DNA of 63,377 nucleotides, counting the filler, from Octopus bimaculoides (taxonomy: Eukaryota), in NCBI RefSeq assembly GCF_001194135.2. It is 7 parts of 7 records of this genome, joined end to end, with 100 filler letters (N's around TTAATTAATTAA, not from the genome) between each part and the next. Parts side by side here need not be neighbours in the genome. Positions count along the whole stretch, not along the records: positions 5,500 to 28,184 come from NC_068981.1; 6 more parts are not named here. One strand, written 5' to 3'. Each line of letters starts with the position of its first letter. Position 1 is the stretch's first letter. The notes beneath the pieces are model-generated. The model was given only the letters and a program-made list of their open reading frames with translations. It searched no databases and was not told where the DNA came from. Shown piece after piece: positions 14,491-27,096 of this stretch. The position numbers and the translations under genes were made by a program.

Positions 14491-14763
14491 CTAAAATAAA
14501 AGTTTATATAACCACAGTAATAAACAGCTGATAATTCAAACAAAAGGATTTGATAGCTTCTTTATTTTTACAATTATTTGTAATTTAGAAGAGGGTTTGC
14601 ATTGAAAATATAATATTTTTTAAACAAGAGCAAATAGAATTGTATTTTTATAGTATTCTAGCAGGTGAAAGAAAGTGAAATTAAAAGGTTATTTAAATTT
14701 CAGGGTTCAAGAATAAAAAAAAGTTAGTTGATGCTTGAATAAAGCATAAATGAAATTCCTTAC

Positions 14764-14861
14764 CTCCACTGTAAACAATATTTTGAAAATTATTTAAATA
14801 ATATAGGCCTTGAATACTGGTGCTATTATCTTCCCGGTAAAAGTCTTCAACACTGGTGTTC
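14764..14861 (-). CDS. TPCN1: TPC1 exon, luminal loop and pore helix, NTSVEDFYREDNSTSIQGLYYLNNFQNIVYSG(V)
   Basis: aag|98 nt|gtaagg, phase 2 to 1; YYLNNF.NI motif; two N-x-S/T sequons. Confidence 0.93.
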
Positions 14862-15783
14862 CTTTGAATGCCAACCAAATCAGAAATATCTTTAACTATT
14901 TTAAAACCACATGCAAAATGTTGAGGACAAATAACTAGTTAATATACAGCCAGTTTAAGCTGGCCCTAGTTCGAGTTGATATGGTAATTGTACTGAAATA
15001 GCTCAATATCTGTGAGGTCCTCATTTCTAATTAAAATTTTCAGATTTATATTTTAACATCTTTCAAATTTGTATTTTTTGTTGCTTTTTGCATTGTTATA
15101 GCTGATGTGATATTTTAAACAAATTCTTATTATGTAACAACTGTAAAAAAAAAAAAAACTCTTATCAATTAAAAGAATTGTTAATAGTTGATAAAAAGCA
15201 AAATGGAAATTGAGATCAACAGTAAATTAATATTTCATCACATTTTAATCTGTTGGCTATAGCATTCTGTTGTCAGTGAAGGCCAAGTGTCAAAAGACAA
15301 ATGACATAAAATGTTAAGTTTCTATCATCCCTCTTTTATGATTATGGAAGGCAGATGTTAAACGATGATGATGATGATTTTCTTGTTTTGCATAGCAAAT
15401 ATAATAATGACAATGAACATCTTAATTAAAATCAGTTCTAACAATTAGTTAATACAAATACATAGTAGATAGAATTTAGTAACAGCTTTAATTTGAAAGC
15501 ACACAAATTTTGGCTTCAACAAAATTTATTCAATGTCATTGTTTTAATCGTTCATTTGTTTACTATTGTTTTATTTTTTCCAGGTTAATGTAAGTTGAAT
15601 GAAGTCGTTACTGAGGGATGGCTTTGCAACCAATACTCTTCCTGTTGCTAACCCTTAACTGTTTTTCAAGTAAAGGATTTTTATTATGTTTGTCTTAAAA
15701 AATGTTGAGCAACAGGGCAGTTTGTTGACCACTTTTACTCAAGTAATTTCATGTAAAGATGCTACAAAATATAAACATTCAAG

Positions 15784-15853
<70 letters not shown>

Positions 15854-16005
15854 GGGCTCCCTCAGGGTTCCCATGTACCAATTCCACTCACAAAACATGG
15901 ATCTGCTTAGGTCTATAGCAGAAGACACTTATCCAACATGCCACATAATAGGATTGAACCTGAAATGAGTTTTCGGATTAATTGAAAGTTCCAATGCACT
16001 CTTAA

Positions 16006-16219
16006 CTCTTTAGCATTTAAACTGGCTATATCTAGCCCAAATGTTCTACCCGTTTTAAGTTCTAAACAGTCAGATCTGGCCTTTCCCACCTACTTTACAA
16101 TGTCATTCTAAAAGTATATAATCACATCATTTGAAATCTTAAAGCTACAAGATAGTGCTTATTATTTCAAAAGAATATGAATAAATAACACTTGATAAAG
16201 TAATCTGAATGCTAAAGGG
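16006..16219. mobile_element. piggyBac-like MITE, 214 bp
   Basis: TTAA-CTCTTTAGCATT ... AATGCTAAAGGG-TTAA: 12-bp TIRs (one mismatch) and TTAA on both sides. Confidence 0.75.
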
Positions 16220-16416
16220 TTAATGATGATTAAAACATTTTGGAATGTCATAATTAAACAAAATCTAAATAAATGTACAGTAAACATTAAAAAAATATAG
16301 TTTTGTTTTACATTTTAGGGAAGGGAAAATACGAGTATTTATTTACCTGTTTGTTATAAATTATGTAAGTAAATAAAGAAAAATAGCTAAATGTTGATAT
16401 TAAAAATTTGACTTAC

Positions 16417-16506
16417 TTACAACAATTGGTGAGGTCAACATCACCAATAATTTCCATACCAATGATGCCAAAGAAGTAATATAACATCATAATAGTTAAA
16501 GCAATG
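16417..16506 (-). CDS. TPCN1: TPC1 exon, IIS5, IALTIMMLYYFFGIIGMEIIGDVDLTNCC(K)
   Basis: tcag|90 nt|gtaagt, phase 2 to 2; YY.F.I.GME...NCC signature; a second gtaagt 4 nt upstream would break the frame. Confidence 0.93.
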
Positions 16507-17890
16507 CTGAAGAAAAAAATACAGAAAATATTTATAACCAGAGATATATAAAAATAGAATTAGAACAGAGTACATGAAGTAAGATTTAATAATACCAGTA
16601 CATTTGTATATTAAGTAGTGCGCTATATAAATAACATTTTAATCTTTTTTATTTCTGTTACTGAGAGTTGAATCCTATATAAGCATAAAATCTGAATATT
16701 CTATTTACTAAATCCTGAGATCAACTTGCAGTTAATTATAGACATATGCAATCATATGTACATATGTAGGTATACACTTAAATTATTGATATATGAGAAA
16801 ATAAAACAAAGACGGCTAAAATAACTGAATTAGATTAACCATTTCAAATCTTCATATCTCCAAAGAAAGAGGGATATCAAACACCATACACATTTGCAGC
16901 TGTGAATTTCACCATCCTTAACTATGAGTAAGTGCATACTGTTAGAGAACGAGATCTTATGACTGGATGTCCATCCTACTGCTTTCTTCTCAATTTTAAC
17001 TAGAAGTGTACTTAGTTCCAGCAAAGTAAATGAGGGAAGCAAAGTAAAGCAGCTTGTATTTTGGCTTTAACAAAATTTATTCAATTTCATTGTTTTATTC
17101 ATTCATTTGTTTAACCACAGTTTTTCCATGCTAGCATGGGTTGAATGAAAACATAACTGAGGCACTGTTTTACAACAAATGCTCTTCCTGTTGCTAACCC
17201 TTACCTATTTTGCTTGTTTTCCAAGCGATTTGTTGACCAAATGCAATAAATTTCATTGATTAGTAACTACAGAAGGTGGTATGGTAAAGTAAGAGTGAAG
17301 CCTCTACCAATTTATGACAATTTGGTGTTTCAATACTTCATTAAAACCATTTCACTCCACTTATTCTACTAATGCTTTCAGGTTCTGGCACAAGGCCAGC
17401 AATTTGGGGGAGGGACAGATTCATTAGACTGATCCCAGTACTCAACTGGCACTTATTTTATTGACCCCAAATGGATGAAAGGCAAAGTTGACACCAGCAG
17501 AATTTGAGCTCAGAGCATAAAGATGAATGAAACACCACTAAACATTTTGTCTGGTGTGCTAACGATTCTGCCAGTTCTTCATTTTCGTTTACCCTACTAA
17601 TGCTCATGAGTAAGTCATAAGTGTCACACTTCTCGTTCATTCTTCTCTAAGATATGGAATCATATTAGTTGTACAGCACTTAAAATATAGCTAAATGGTA
17701 GAAAGGTAGGATTACTGCCAACAACAAGGTTTTTGTTTCAATGAATCAGCAATATGTGTCACTTAAATATTTACTATTCAATGATTAAAAATAAAAAGTA
17801 TCCAGTCATGAAACAACATTGAATATCCATTTCTAACAACAGTAATAAAAAAAAAAAAAAAAAAAGAACAGTAACGGAAAGCATCATTAC

Positions 17891-17962
17891 CTGACAAGAC
17901 GTGAGAAAATAACAAAGAATGTTCCCAGAACATCTCGATATCTTCGATTGATTTTGAATAAT
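17891..17962 (-). CDS. TPCN1: TPC1 exon, S4-S5 linker, LFKINRRYRDVLGTFFVIFSRLV(S)
   Basis: gcag|72 nt|gtaatg, phase 2 to 2; aligns to [24 protein letters not shown]. Confidence 0.93.
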
Positions 17963-18362
17963 CTGCAGAGATACAACACCAGAAGCAAGTGTCAATATCA
18001 CCGAAGAAACTTCATAAAAGAATTAGAGATAATTATGAGGTGAAGAAAAACAATTATACTTTATGACTACTTTATTTTTATAACTGGAAGTATGAGAGAC
18101 AACTTTATTCATATGTAATGTACATGTGTGTGTGTGTATGTGCATGTAATTGTAAAGCATAGGCACACTGGACCCAAGATCCTATGCATCAAGGAGCCCA
18201 AGGGGGCCTCAATGCATTGCTTTGCCTGGGACTGGGGCTATAATTCTGCTAAAATAGCCCTGTATGTGTGATGTGAGTGTATGCATGTGTGAGTGTGTGT
18301 ATGTATTAGGTGATGGTAGTAAGTGATAGTAATGTTGGTAATAAGAGAAAACGGTCACAAAC

Positions 18363-18467
18363 CTGAGAAGTCTGAATGGTCGGAGAACCATGATGTAATA
18401 AAAATTATGATTGACAATCTCACCAAGCAGACCGATAATGCTTACTAATGTAACAAAAAAGTCAAAC
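18363..18467 (-). CDS. TPCN1: TPC1 exon, IIS3-S4, FDFFVTLVSIIGLLGEIVNHNFYYIMVLRPFRLL(R)
   Basis: cag|105 nt|gtttgt, phase 2 to 2; FDF motif and S4 VLRP.RLLR. Confidence 0.93.
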
Positions 18468-19049
18468 CTGAAAATAGAAAGAAAATAATCTTTATTGAAA
18501 AAATAAAATACTAGTTTTAATGTAGAGTTAGTCCTAACAGAGCAGACACATGATCATAGACACCCCAGCCATGGCTGTCATGGCTTTTATTCTATTTTTT
18601 GCAATTAAGTAAAAATGCTACAAAACATTTTTACAAGAGCATAGTGGTAAAGAATGGAGCACAACTTCACTTAACATGAACAAATGGCAAAAACAAAACA
18701 AAAATATTGAAAACATTAAATGAGGTGCAAATAATGATGCTGAATTCTACCCCTTCAATATTTAATAACAAAAGAAAATTATTCTTTTCACGATAACAAA
18801 TGACATATTTCTGGTGCTTTGAGAAGGAAATCAGCTGAGTCAGTGATTCTCAAACTAACAAATGACCGCTCCCCACAACAACAACAACAACAAAAATTTA
18901 AATATTAATGAAATTCTTTTTAGCAAAGTTGCTTGATTAATAAGTCAAAATAGACTTTACATTCATATAATTCTTTGCTATGATGTTGGGCAAATTTAAA
19001 AAGTTTAAATCCATCTTAATTTGATGAAATATTGCCACAACCCCTATGG

Positions 19050-20050
19050 TGTGTGGTGGTGGGAAATGGCTACCCCTACCTAATTCTATACATGACTGCA
19101 TCTCTGTTAAAAGACCTGCGGTAAAAATCACATGTCTACTTCCCATACTTCCAGCACTACACTACACACAGTCAACAAATCCACTTCCCAAACTCCACTT
19201 CTCCATGCCTCCAGTCTTACATAGTCATCATATAGTACCATTTGAGGCTGGTTGTCTCAACTGCATCCTCAACCACCAAACTGAAATTTTTGGTGCCATC
19301 TTTTGGTTTTCCATTGTTGACAAATTTCTATATTGGGCAAACTTTTGTTGAATTTTGTGAAAAGAATTGGCTTAATTTTTCTTTTGTAATCTACCTTGAG
19401 TCTCTTACTCTCTTTAGAGAACAACAGCTAAGCTGCTCTCTTTCAATTAACATGTGTCTTTTATTTCTTGAATCAGAAGATTCCTATCAGATTACACCAC
19501 TGCAGTATGTACCAGTAAGATCCTCTCCAACTCACTTTATATAAACTCTGGTATACCCACTAGGTTTGGTTATGTTTCCTACACTCTTCTTTCCATACAA
19601 CACCTACTCCTCTCTAACAACACATACTCCTATGCAGATGAAACTTCTTGTGTGTATAATGCTAAGGATACGTCCTTAGCATTCTACACACAGCTCTGAT
19701 CAGTTGCTGACATTCTATAAAGTCTGAATAAGATCTACATTGGAGCCTAAATGGTCATCTGACTGACAGGCAACGATGTACTCACCAACACACATCCACT
19801 AATAACTAGGATGGCCTCTGCTCCTCTTAACTAATTATTTACATACTCTCTCCAACCAAACTTACTCATTCTTTCTTCCCCTCATATCACCCTTTCTGTG
19901 TTTCACTCCCCCAGACACAACACTAAACACTTCACATATCCCATCCTCTCAAAACTGCAAACTTCTGGAATTCCCCTCCCACTCATATTTTTCCTGAAAA
20001 CATTGACCCATACATGTTAAAGATGAACATTAACAACAAGCTCTCGATGT
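19050..20050 (+). mobile_element. Heavily decayed CR1/L2-group LINE, RT domain and 3' end
   Basis: INSGIP..., TYSYADET, TA.FWNS.P..IFPENID remnants. Confidence 0.6.
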
Positions 20051-20601
20051 AGAAGAACCTGCATAGGGCATGTGCCCTGCCTCTCCTCTTTTCACTAACT
20101 TATTACAGAATATACAGGCATTATCTGAAAGACAAACACTACATTGGAAAACAGAAAACTAGGAACAAACAGTAACTCCTACAACACCTTGTAATATGTT
20201 TAAGCGATAGAAAATGAGAGACTACTAATTAGAAAGTATTCAATAGCAAAACAGAAAACCACTATAGAACTAGTGAATCTATCAGACGGCAATCTATCAC
20301 TGAATCACTTAAATGTCCGATTTTATGGGTAAGCAGAGAAGTTTCAATTCTTGCTTAGACAAATATTATTTCTGAATAAAGGTAGAGTTACTACATGAAG
20401 ATCTGAACAGAAATGTGAGACTACAATCACCTACAGTTATTTTAGTGTAAAAAACCAAGAACAAAATAATAAATACAATAGATTTACTGACTTGGATTTC
20501 TACAAAAATGTGTAAGAAATATAACTTCCATTATATATAGCTGATTTAGGAAAAACTTAACAAGAAACCAGTATATATATAATATAAATTGTTTAACTTA
20601 C

Positions 20602-20674
20602 AGATCCCAACCAGTTGTAAAATATTCTCTTGGTCCTTTACCAAGAATTTTCAGACATGCTTCAATGACATATA
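20602..20674 (-). CDS. TPCN1: TPC1 exon, IIS2-S3, YVIEACLKILGKGPREYFTTGWD(L)
   Basis: cag|73 nt|gtaagt, phase 1 to 2; aligns to [25 protein letters not shown]. Confidence 0.92.
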
Positions 20675-22513
20675 CTGTAAAAGAAACAAAACATTTGAGA
20701 CTTTGGTCAGTTATTAAGACAAGAGCAAATTCTAATGTAGGTCAAAAATATCCTTTTCTCTTTGACACAACGCAATTCCTACAGCATTCAGACCTCATCT
20801 TCAGCCACCACAAACTAATTGTTACTCATCTTTGGCCAATCATTAGCCATCACATTTGTGTATAACCAATTTTCAGTCACCACAGTCACCCATAGCCAAT
20901 AATCTGCCAACAGCTCTCACTCATCTTTGTGCAATAGTCTGCAAACACAGCCATCACTGGTCAATTAGTAAGTTGAAAAGAACAGATTCTAATGTAAGTT
21001 GAAAATCCTCTTCCAACTAGTACAAAGCTATTTCTGCTGCATATTTTTGCCTTTATGCCAAATCACTAGCCACCACAGCTACCCTTGTACAATTATCAAT
21101 CACTACCATCATTCAAGGCTACACATCAGCCATTGATGACAAATCATAGGTCATCACACTCATCCATATCCAGTCATCAAGTATTACAGCTGTCACTGAT
21201 AAACTATTACATGTCACTGCCAATTATTAACAACCAGAGGAACAACAATGCTAATATATACTAATGAGAGACTCCAATCATTCCAATGTTGACAGCTACT
21301 CTAAGCTCTCAATAATTTGTTTTACTTACTTCAATGTATCTAAACTAATCACAACCTGCCCTGCCCTCCCCCAAATCCTTCTTGTCTCACATAAACTCTT
21401 CATGCCATTCTCCTATTAACAATCATGAGTTTGCCCAAGTGTTATCCAAATTCCTACTTACATCATTTATTTTAAATATCTCTTAGAAACATTGAACATC
21501 GCTGCTCACCAGACTCTGCAGAATTTTGGTTTAACAACCCTTATTTCTCTATCATATATTGACATGTTAACATATTTGAAATTCAGTGTAACATTTATAA
21601 TAGGAAATACATTTATTGCTAAAATTTGAAGTGTACAATTTTTTTTTTCAAGTATATCAATGGTAATAAACTCTAAGTGCAATGAGCTAACCTGCTGGAA
21701 GTAACAGCCAAATCTTTCTCAAATCACACATTGTTATCTTATAAACGGAATGGCATATTGGCTAATGTAGTCTAAGACACTATGCTTAAAAAGAAACAGG
21801 ATCATCTCAGCTGGAAAATCTTTGATCATAGGTGTGCTTATTCAGAGCTGATATGAACTTAACAACAGTGGAAATTACACTGTGTAGACATACATAAAAA
21901 CTAGGATGAACTTACACTGGAATGAAAGCACAAGAACTATAATGGAGCTAACAATTCATAATGGACTCAAACAACTATAATAGAACTAAAGTAACATCTA
22001 CTCGGACATAAATTTTATGTTAACATTTAAATAAAATGACATCCATATGAAGACTCATGAAAGCCAAGAACACAGTCCATTCTTCCCTCCTGAAACTTTA
22101 CATAGAAAAAATTAGATCAGGCTTCTTTGCTCTCACTGGAATATCACAATTGTTTCAGTCATTAGTCACTTTATATTATACTGTAGGCAATGAGAGGGAA
22201 CAAAAGGAGAGAGAGAAAGGCAAGAGAAAAAGAGAATGGATAAAATGAGAGAAAGAGGGAATGAATAAGGAGAGAAGAGAGTGTGTATGTTGTTATATAC
22301 GCACCATAACAAAAATTGAAGATTACAAAGCACAACAAAACACTCGAGTGTGTAAATTTGTAGACACAAATTTACCAAAGCATGAAACCAAAATGTAAGT
22401 TTATGCACCTTAGAATGTTAATCGTTTGAATAATAGTCATATGCAAGATTTTTGTATACTAAGATGAAACAGAAACATCACAAAATTATTGTAATAAACT
22501 GAAATATACTTAC

Positions 22514-22579
22514 TATAAATAAAGAATACAGTTACTCCTGTAGCTGTGAAGTCATATTTCTTCACACTTATGTGTTGAA
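22514..22579 (-). CDS. TPCN1: TPC1 exon, (V)QHISVKKYDFTATGVTVFFIY(I)
   Basis: cag|66 nt|gtaagt, phase 1 to 1; the only phase-compatible open exon I found between its neighbours; hydrophobic start of IIS2. Confidence 0.8.
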
Positions 22580-22599
22580 CTGTTATAATAAAAATAATA

Positions 22600-23620
22600 A
22601 TAAGCTCTTTATTAACCACTAAGGATTCACAAAAAACATTGGGGAAGGCACAATATGTTACAGCATAGGATTACATGAAAGAGCATGTAAAAAGGAGGAT
22701 ATCAGAAAGAAAAAAAACAACAGATTCCAAACTTTTTTTAATGAATAATTCTCTTAATGAGGGATTCTCCTGAAGGTTACTTATGGAGAACCCCACAAAA
22801 CAACAGTCACCCTCACTATTAAGGCAAGTGCCTTTCTGTTGTCCAGTCTACAGGCACATGCTCGTTTGTTTTTTTTTCAAGCGAAACTCCAAACAGATGA
22901 GGAGGGCTTGGCCAATGGGAAGGTGTTTATCTTCAGCCCTTTCAAACTGACCTACCACACAATCACTTTCACTAAGGCCACCAGATGGATAAAGACAGTC
23001 TGTCCTTTCTGGCCAAAAGAAGGTAGCAGAATGATCTTCACAATGGATTCAGCACTGATAGCTAGAGTTATCTTGTACATAACAACAGGCGTTCGACATA
23101 ACTCCACAATGTTTGCGCAATGGACAAGTGCATGCAGAACAGTTTCATTGCTCTGCATGCATTTTGGGTAGACCAGCTGATGCACTTCTATGTTTGGAGA
23201 GTTTATCTCAAACTGGCAATGGTCCCTGGTGGTACTCCCTAGCCAGGGATTTCTATGGGCCCAGACCCGAAAATTATCTATGGGCCCAGACCCGAAAATT
23301 CTCCAGAACAGACCAGCCAGCTGATCATCAACACTCGGTGTTTTCCCATGAACACCATCACTCTTGTGTGCTACTAACCCTCTATAGAAGACCAATGTGG
23401 AACTTCCACTGACCACATTGCCTGACTAGTAAATAACTTGAATGCTTGATGACATTCCAGATGCCAATCACCTTGTCTTGGTCTTTGCCTTACCTAAGAC
23501 TGCAGCTCAATCAGAAGAAGGAGCTATGGAAATACTTATCTGACATCTGTTCACTGTAAAGGAATTGCTGGAGAGGTTGCAGCCTCAGCACATGTCTTCA
23601 CATCATTACCTACAGCATGC
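22600..23620 (-). mobile_element. L1/Tx1-group LINE 3' portion with zf-RVT-like Cys motif, 3' UTR and AATAAA
   Basis: ORF 22952-23416 contains PKCMQSNETVLHALVHC; AATAAA at 22613-22608. Confidence 0.7.
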
Positions 23621-24350
23621 CTAGGTGCATTTTTACCTTAAATACTGGGATTGTTATGTTTTTTAAGATAAAGTTTAATCATTGTTCTTATTTGTATTTA
23701 ATCTATTCCTAATTGAATTATCATAACTTCCCAAATCACTAATTTTTATATTCTGCAATGCTTCAAGAAAACTACAATACTCTTTGATAATTTCTTTATT
23801 TTACTACAAGGGCAGCTTAAATATATACAGCAAAGTACAATGACAGAGACAAACAAAACATACATTAATTACAAAGGAAGGAAAAAATGCATACATTGGC
23901 ACAATGCCATAAGTCTTTAATGGAAGGTGCATGGTAGATTAAGTTAATCCTTGGAAATTAGATACCAGGTACATATTTATTGATCTTTTGATAATGGTGA
24001 TGATGAGCAGACACACACACACAGGTACAAAACAATATAAAAATAAATGGACAACCTAAACAAACATCACAAATTTGAATGTATTCTAATGATAAAGATG
24101 GCGATTATAAAGACTGCTATCATTATCACCAACATTACTATTGCCTTATGTAAATAGTATAGCAAATAATATTGAGACTTGGCACATGAGTGCCTGAGTA
24201 GTAAGAAATTTGCTTCCTAACTACATAGTTTCAGGTTCAGTCCCACTGTGTGACACCTTAAGTAAGTGTCTTCTACAACAGCCCCAGGCCAACTAAAACC
24301 TTGTGAGTGTATTGGTAGACTGAAACTAAATATATATATATATGTGTGAT

Positions 24351-24553
24351 TTTTTATAATATAATAGTGTATAAGAGTTTATACATGGAGAGGAGACCAC
24401 CATGTGCATTCCTTATATGCTAGAAAGAGCAATCAAAACCCAAACCACGAAAGTGATGGTTTGGGTTTTGACAGCCCTTTCTAGCATGTAAGGAATCCCC
24501 ATGGTGGTCTCCTCTCTGTATATAAACTCTTATACACTATTATATTATAAAAA
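24351..24553. repeat. ~200-bp near-perfect inverted repeat (foldback) in a TPCN1 intron
   Basis: Arms 24351-24448 and 24453-24553; about 9 mismatches and one 3-nt bulge; GAAA at the centre. Confidence 0.95.
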
Positions 24554-24913
24554 TATTTATGTCTTCTGAGTTTTATTATGCATGCTAACCACTGATATTA
24601 ATCATTAATAATTTTTACTCTGTATTTATATAGCTATATACAAATATGTGTGTGTGTGTTTGTCCTCCACGATCACTTGACAACAGGTGTTGCTTTGATT
24701 ACATCCCCATAACCTAAAAGTTTGGCAATAGGATAAGTACCAGGCTTTAAAAGAAGTACTGGGGTCAATTCATTCGACTAAAGCCCTTGAAGACAGTGCC
24801 CCAGTATGGTCGCAGTCCGATGACTGAATCAAGTAAAAGATAAAAGAGAAAAATCTATTCCAACAGACAGAGTAGCATAGAAATATTACTATAACTATAT
24901 ATCATTTCCTTCA

Positions 24914-25268
24914 TTATTACCTTCGCCATAGTGGAGGTATTGTTTTCAGTCGTGTTTGTTTGCTAGTTTGTCCATGGACAAGTTATCTCAAGAACTGTTG
25001 GATGAATTCAGATGAAACTTTCAGGGATGTTTGGCCTCGTGACTGGCAAGAACTGATTAGATTGTGGAATCAACTTGGTACCGGACAAGGATTCTGGATT
25101 ATTTTTTCCGAATTTTTGATAGCAGTCAGGTTCATTTTTAGTATTCTCATTCATTAGAGCTGTCAAATTTATTTCAGATATCCTCATCTTAAAAATCATC
25201 TCCAGCTAATCATTGAGAGGATGTTGGTGTTGCCTTGGCGGAGGTTTGCGCTCTCTGAGTGCTCTTTA
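24914..25268 (+). mobile_element. Non-autonomous Helentron-like (HINE/DINE-1-type) element
   Basis: 5' ACCTTCGCCA and 3' TGGCGGAGGT subterminal inverted repeats, followed by a GCGCTC-TCT-GAGTGC stem-loop and a T-rich end. Confidence 0.6.
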
Positions 25269-25983
25269 TACTTAGTTCTAGAGAGATTAGACTCTTCAAA
25301 CCATCTCTCAAAAGTAGTTTTTTCAACAGATTGAATTGGTCTCAGCATTAGAAACCAAAAAATTACTCACACCTTACAGTATTGCTGATATACTAAACAA
25401 GGTTACCTTTCAATTAGTTGACTCGTACCCTATTGCTTTAACTATCTCTTTCCTCTAAAAACTCATATGGTGAAGCATTAAGTACTGAAAACAAACATTA
25501 GCTTTACTGTGTTTGTTGATTCATCATTATTGGAAGTTACACACAATAATTAGAACTTTGAACCAGCTATGTTTGGTCAGTACTTTTAAACAGGATAAAA
25601 ATATGTAGGAGCCCAAAATATTCATTTCCTGCAGAGGCATAAGACCAGTAATTTGGGGGAAAGAACAACCAATTATATTGACCTCAGTATTTGATACTTC
25701 ATTTTATATCCCCAGAAAGATGAAGGCTAGTAAGACATAAGATGCTATGGAGGTTAAAAAGCTGGATTACAGTCATACACTCAAATGTGCTTCTGAGAAA
25801 GCTCAAAGTTACCTGATTGTAATAAGTAAAAAAAAAGAAGCCTCTACTATCACTGCATAATCATTAGTGATAGGAAAGACATGCAATTGTAAAAACAATT
25901 GTTATGGCAAATATATCACCAACCCATGCATAAAACAGAGAAATAGATTTAAAAGAAAACAATACTGGGGAAATATCACATAC

Positions 25984-26040
25984 CTGACATCTGTACAGTT
26001 TCAATAACAATCCAGGTAAAGTTTGATGCTATTGTCAAAT
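25984..26040 (-). CDS. TPCN1: TPC1 exon, IIS1, LTIASNFTWIVIETVQMS
   Basis: tag|57 nt|gtatgt, phase 1 to 1; aligns to YLVVAVNGVWILVETFMLK. Confidence 0.9.
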
Positions 26041-27051
26041 CTATAAAATACAAAAACAAATCTCTTGAATGAAATTCAGTAAATTAATAAGTGAAGTATG
26101 GAAAACCTTGCCAAACCAAACTTTAAAAAACCTTTTGTGCAGTAGAATTACTCTCCCGTAATCTAGCAAGTCCACTGTCACTATAGTTCACTTTTCATTA
26201 GCTACTGATACTTCTATGCTTTTAGTGCTATACATCTATACAAGATGCTTTCACAAGATGAATACTGTAGTATTGTGGTTTTCCATAAGTAAGATATGCA
26301 AATTGCTGTTCATTTCAGAATGTATTAATTACCAATAATTTACTGAAATATATTTAATTAACAACACTCTCTCCATTTGCACCTCATCAAAACAATCTAG
26401 TTATATTGAACCCATAACCAATGAAATCTACTAATGGACACTTCATATTCACGAAGAGTATGCATGTTCAGTGTAATCTTTGAATAAAATACGTACCTTC
26501 TAGCTTAAGGATTTATGAGTTTTGAAAGTCAAGGGAAATGATTTCTGATACAAGTACAAGGCCAGGTGTATTGTAAGAGAAAAACTACAGCTGTATTACA
26601 TCCTTTTTTTTTTCTTTTTTTTTTCTTATCAGAGAAAAGTTCATATGGCTTGGCTCAAACCTATAATCCTAGTGAATGAAGTAGTGTAGCTGCTCCAATA
26701 AGATGTGGATTTTAATGAAAAAGAATCATTGGTAATATAAGAGCAGGCATGGTTGTAAGATTAGAATGTTTACTTTATAATCGTGTGGCTCTGGGTTCAA
26801 TCCTACTGCAAAGCACCTTGAGTTGATTAATACTTTGTATGAAACTTATACAGTTTCATGAGTATAACTTAGACAAATTTTCTATTAACACATTTGCTTG
26901 CTCTTGATATTCTACATGAATATGAAAACTTTGAAAAAATGTGCCAATGGGTAAAGAGGGTTCATAGTCACTCCTATTTCTTTTGTACAATTACAACACA
27001 ATTTATTAAAGCAGCTTTGTTGAATTAGTATAGAAAGAGAAATCAACTTAC

Positions 27052-27096
27052 ATATATAGTATTCAAAACACTTGTGAGTAACTATACGATACAAAA
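27052..27096 (-). CDS. TPCN1: TPC1 exon, (V)LYRIVTHKCFEYYI(Y)
   Basis: cag|45 nt|gtaagt, phase 1 to 1; aligns to GINILVKSKAFQYFMY. Confidence 0.88.

Noticed and set aside
21916-21936. Possible 21-nt in-frame TPC1 microexon or recursive splice site (ccagT|gtaagt)
   Set aside because: Weak acceptor, would interrupt IIS2, and the AG-GT juxtaposition is off by one base; no evidence without RNA data
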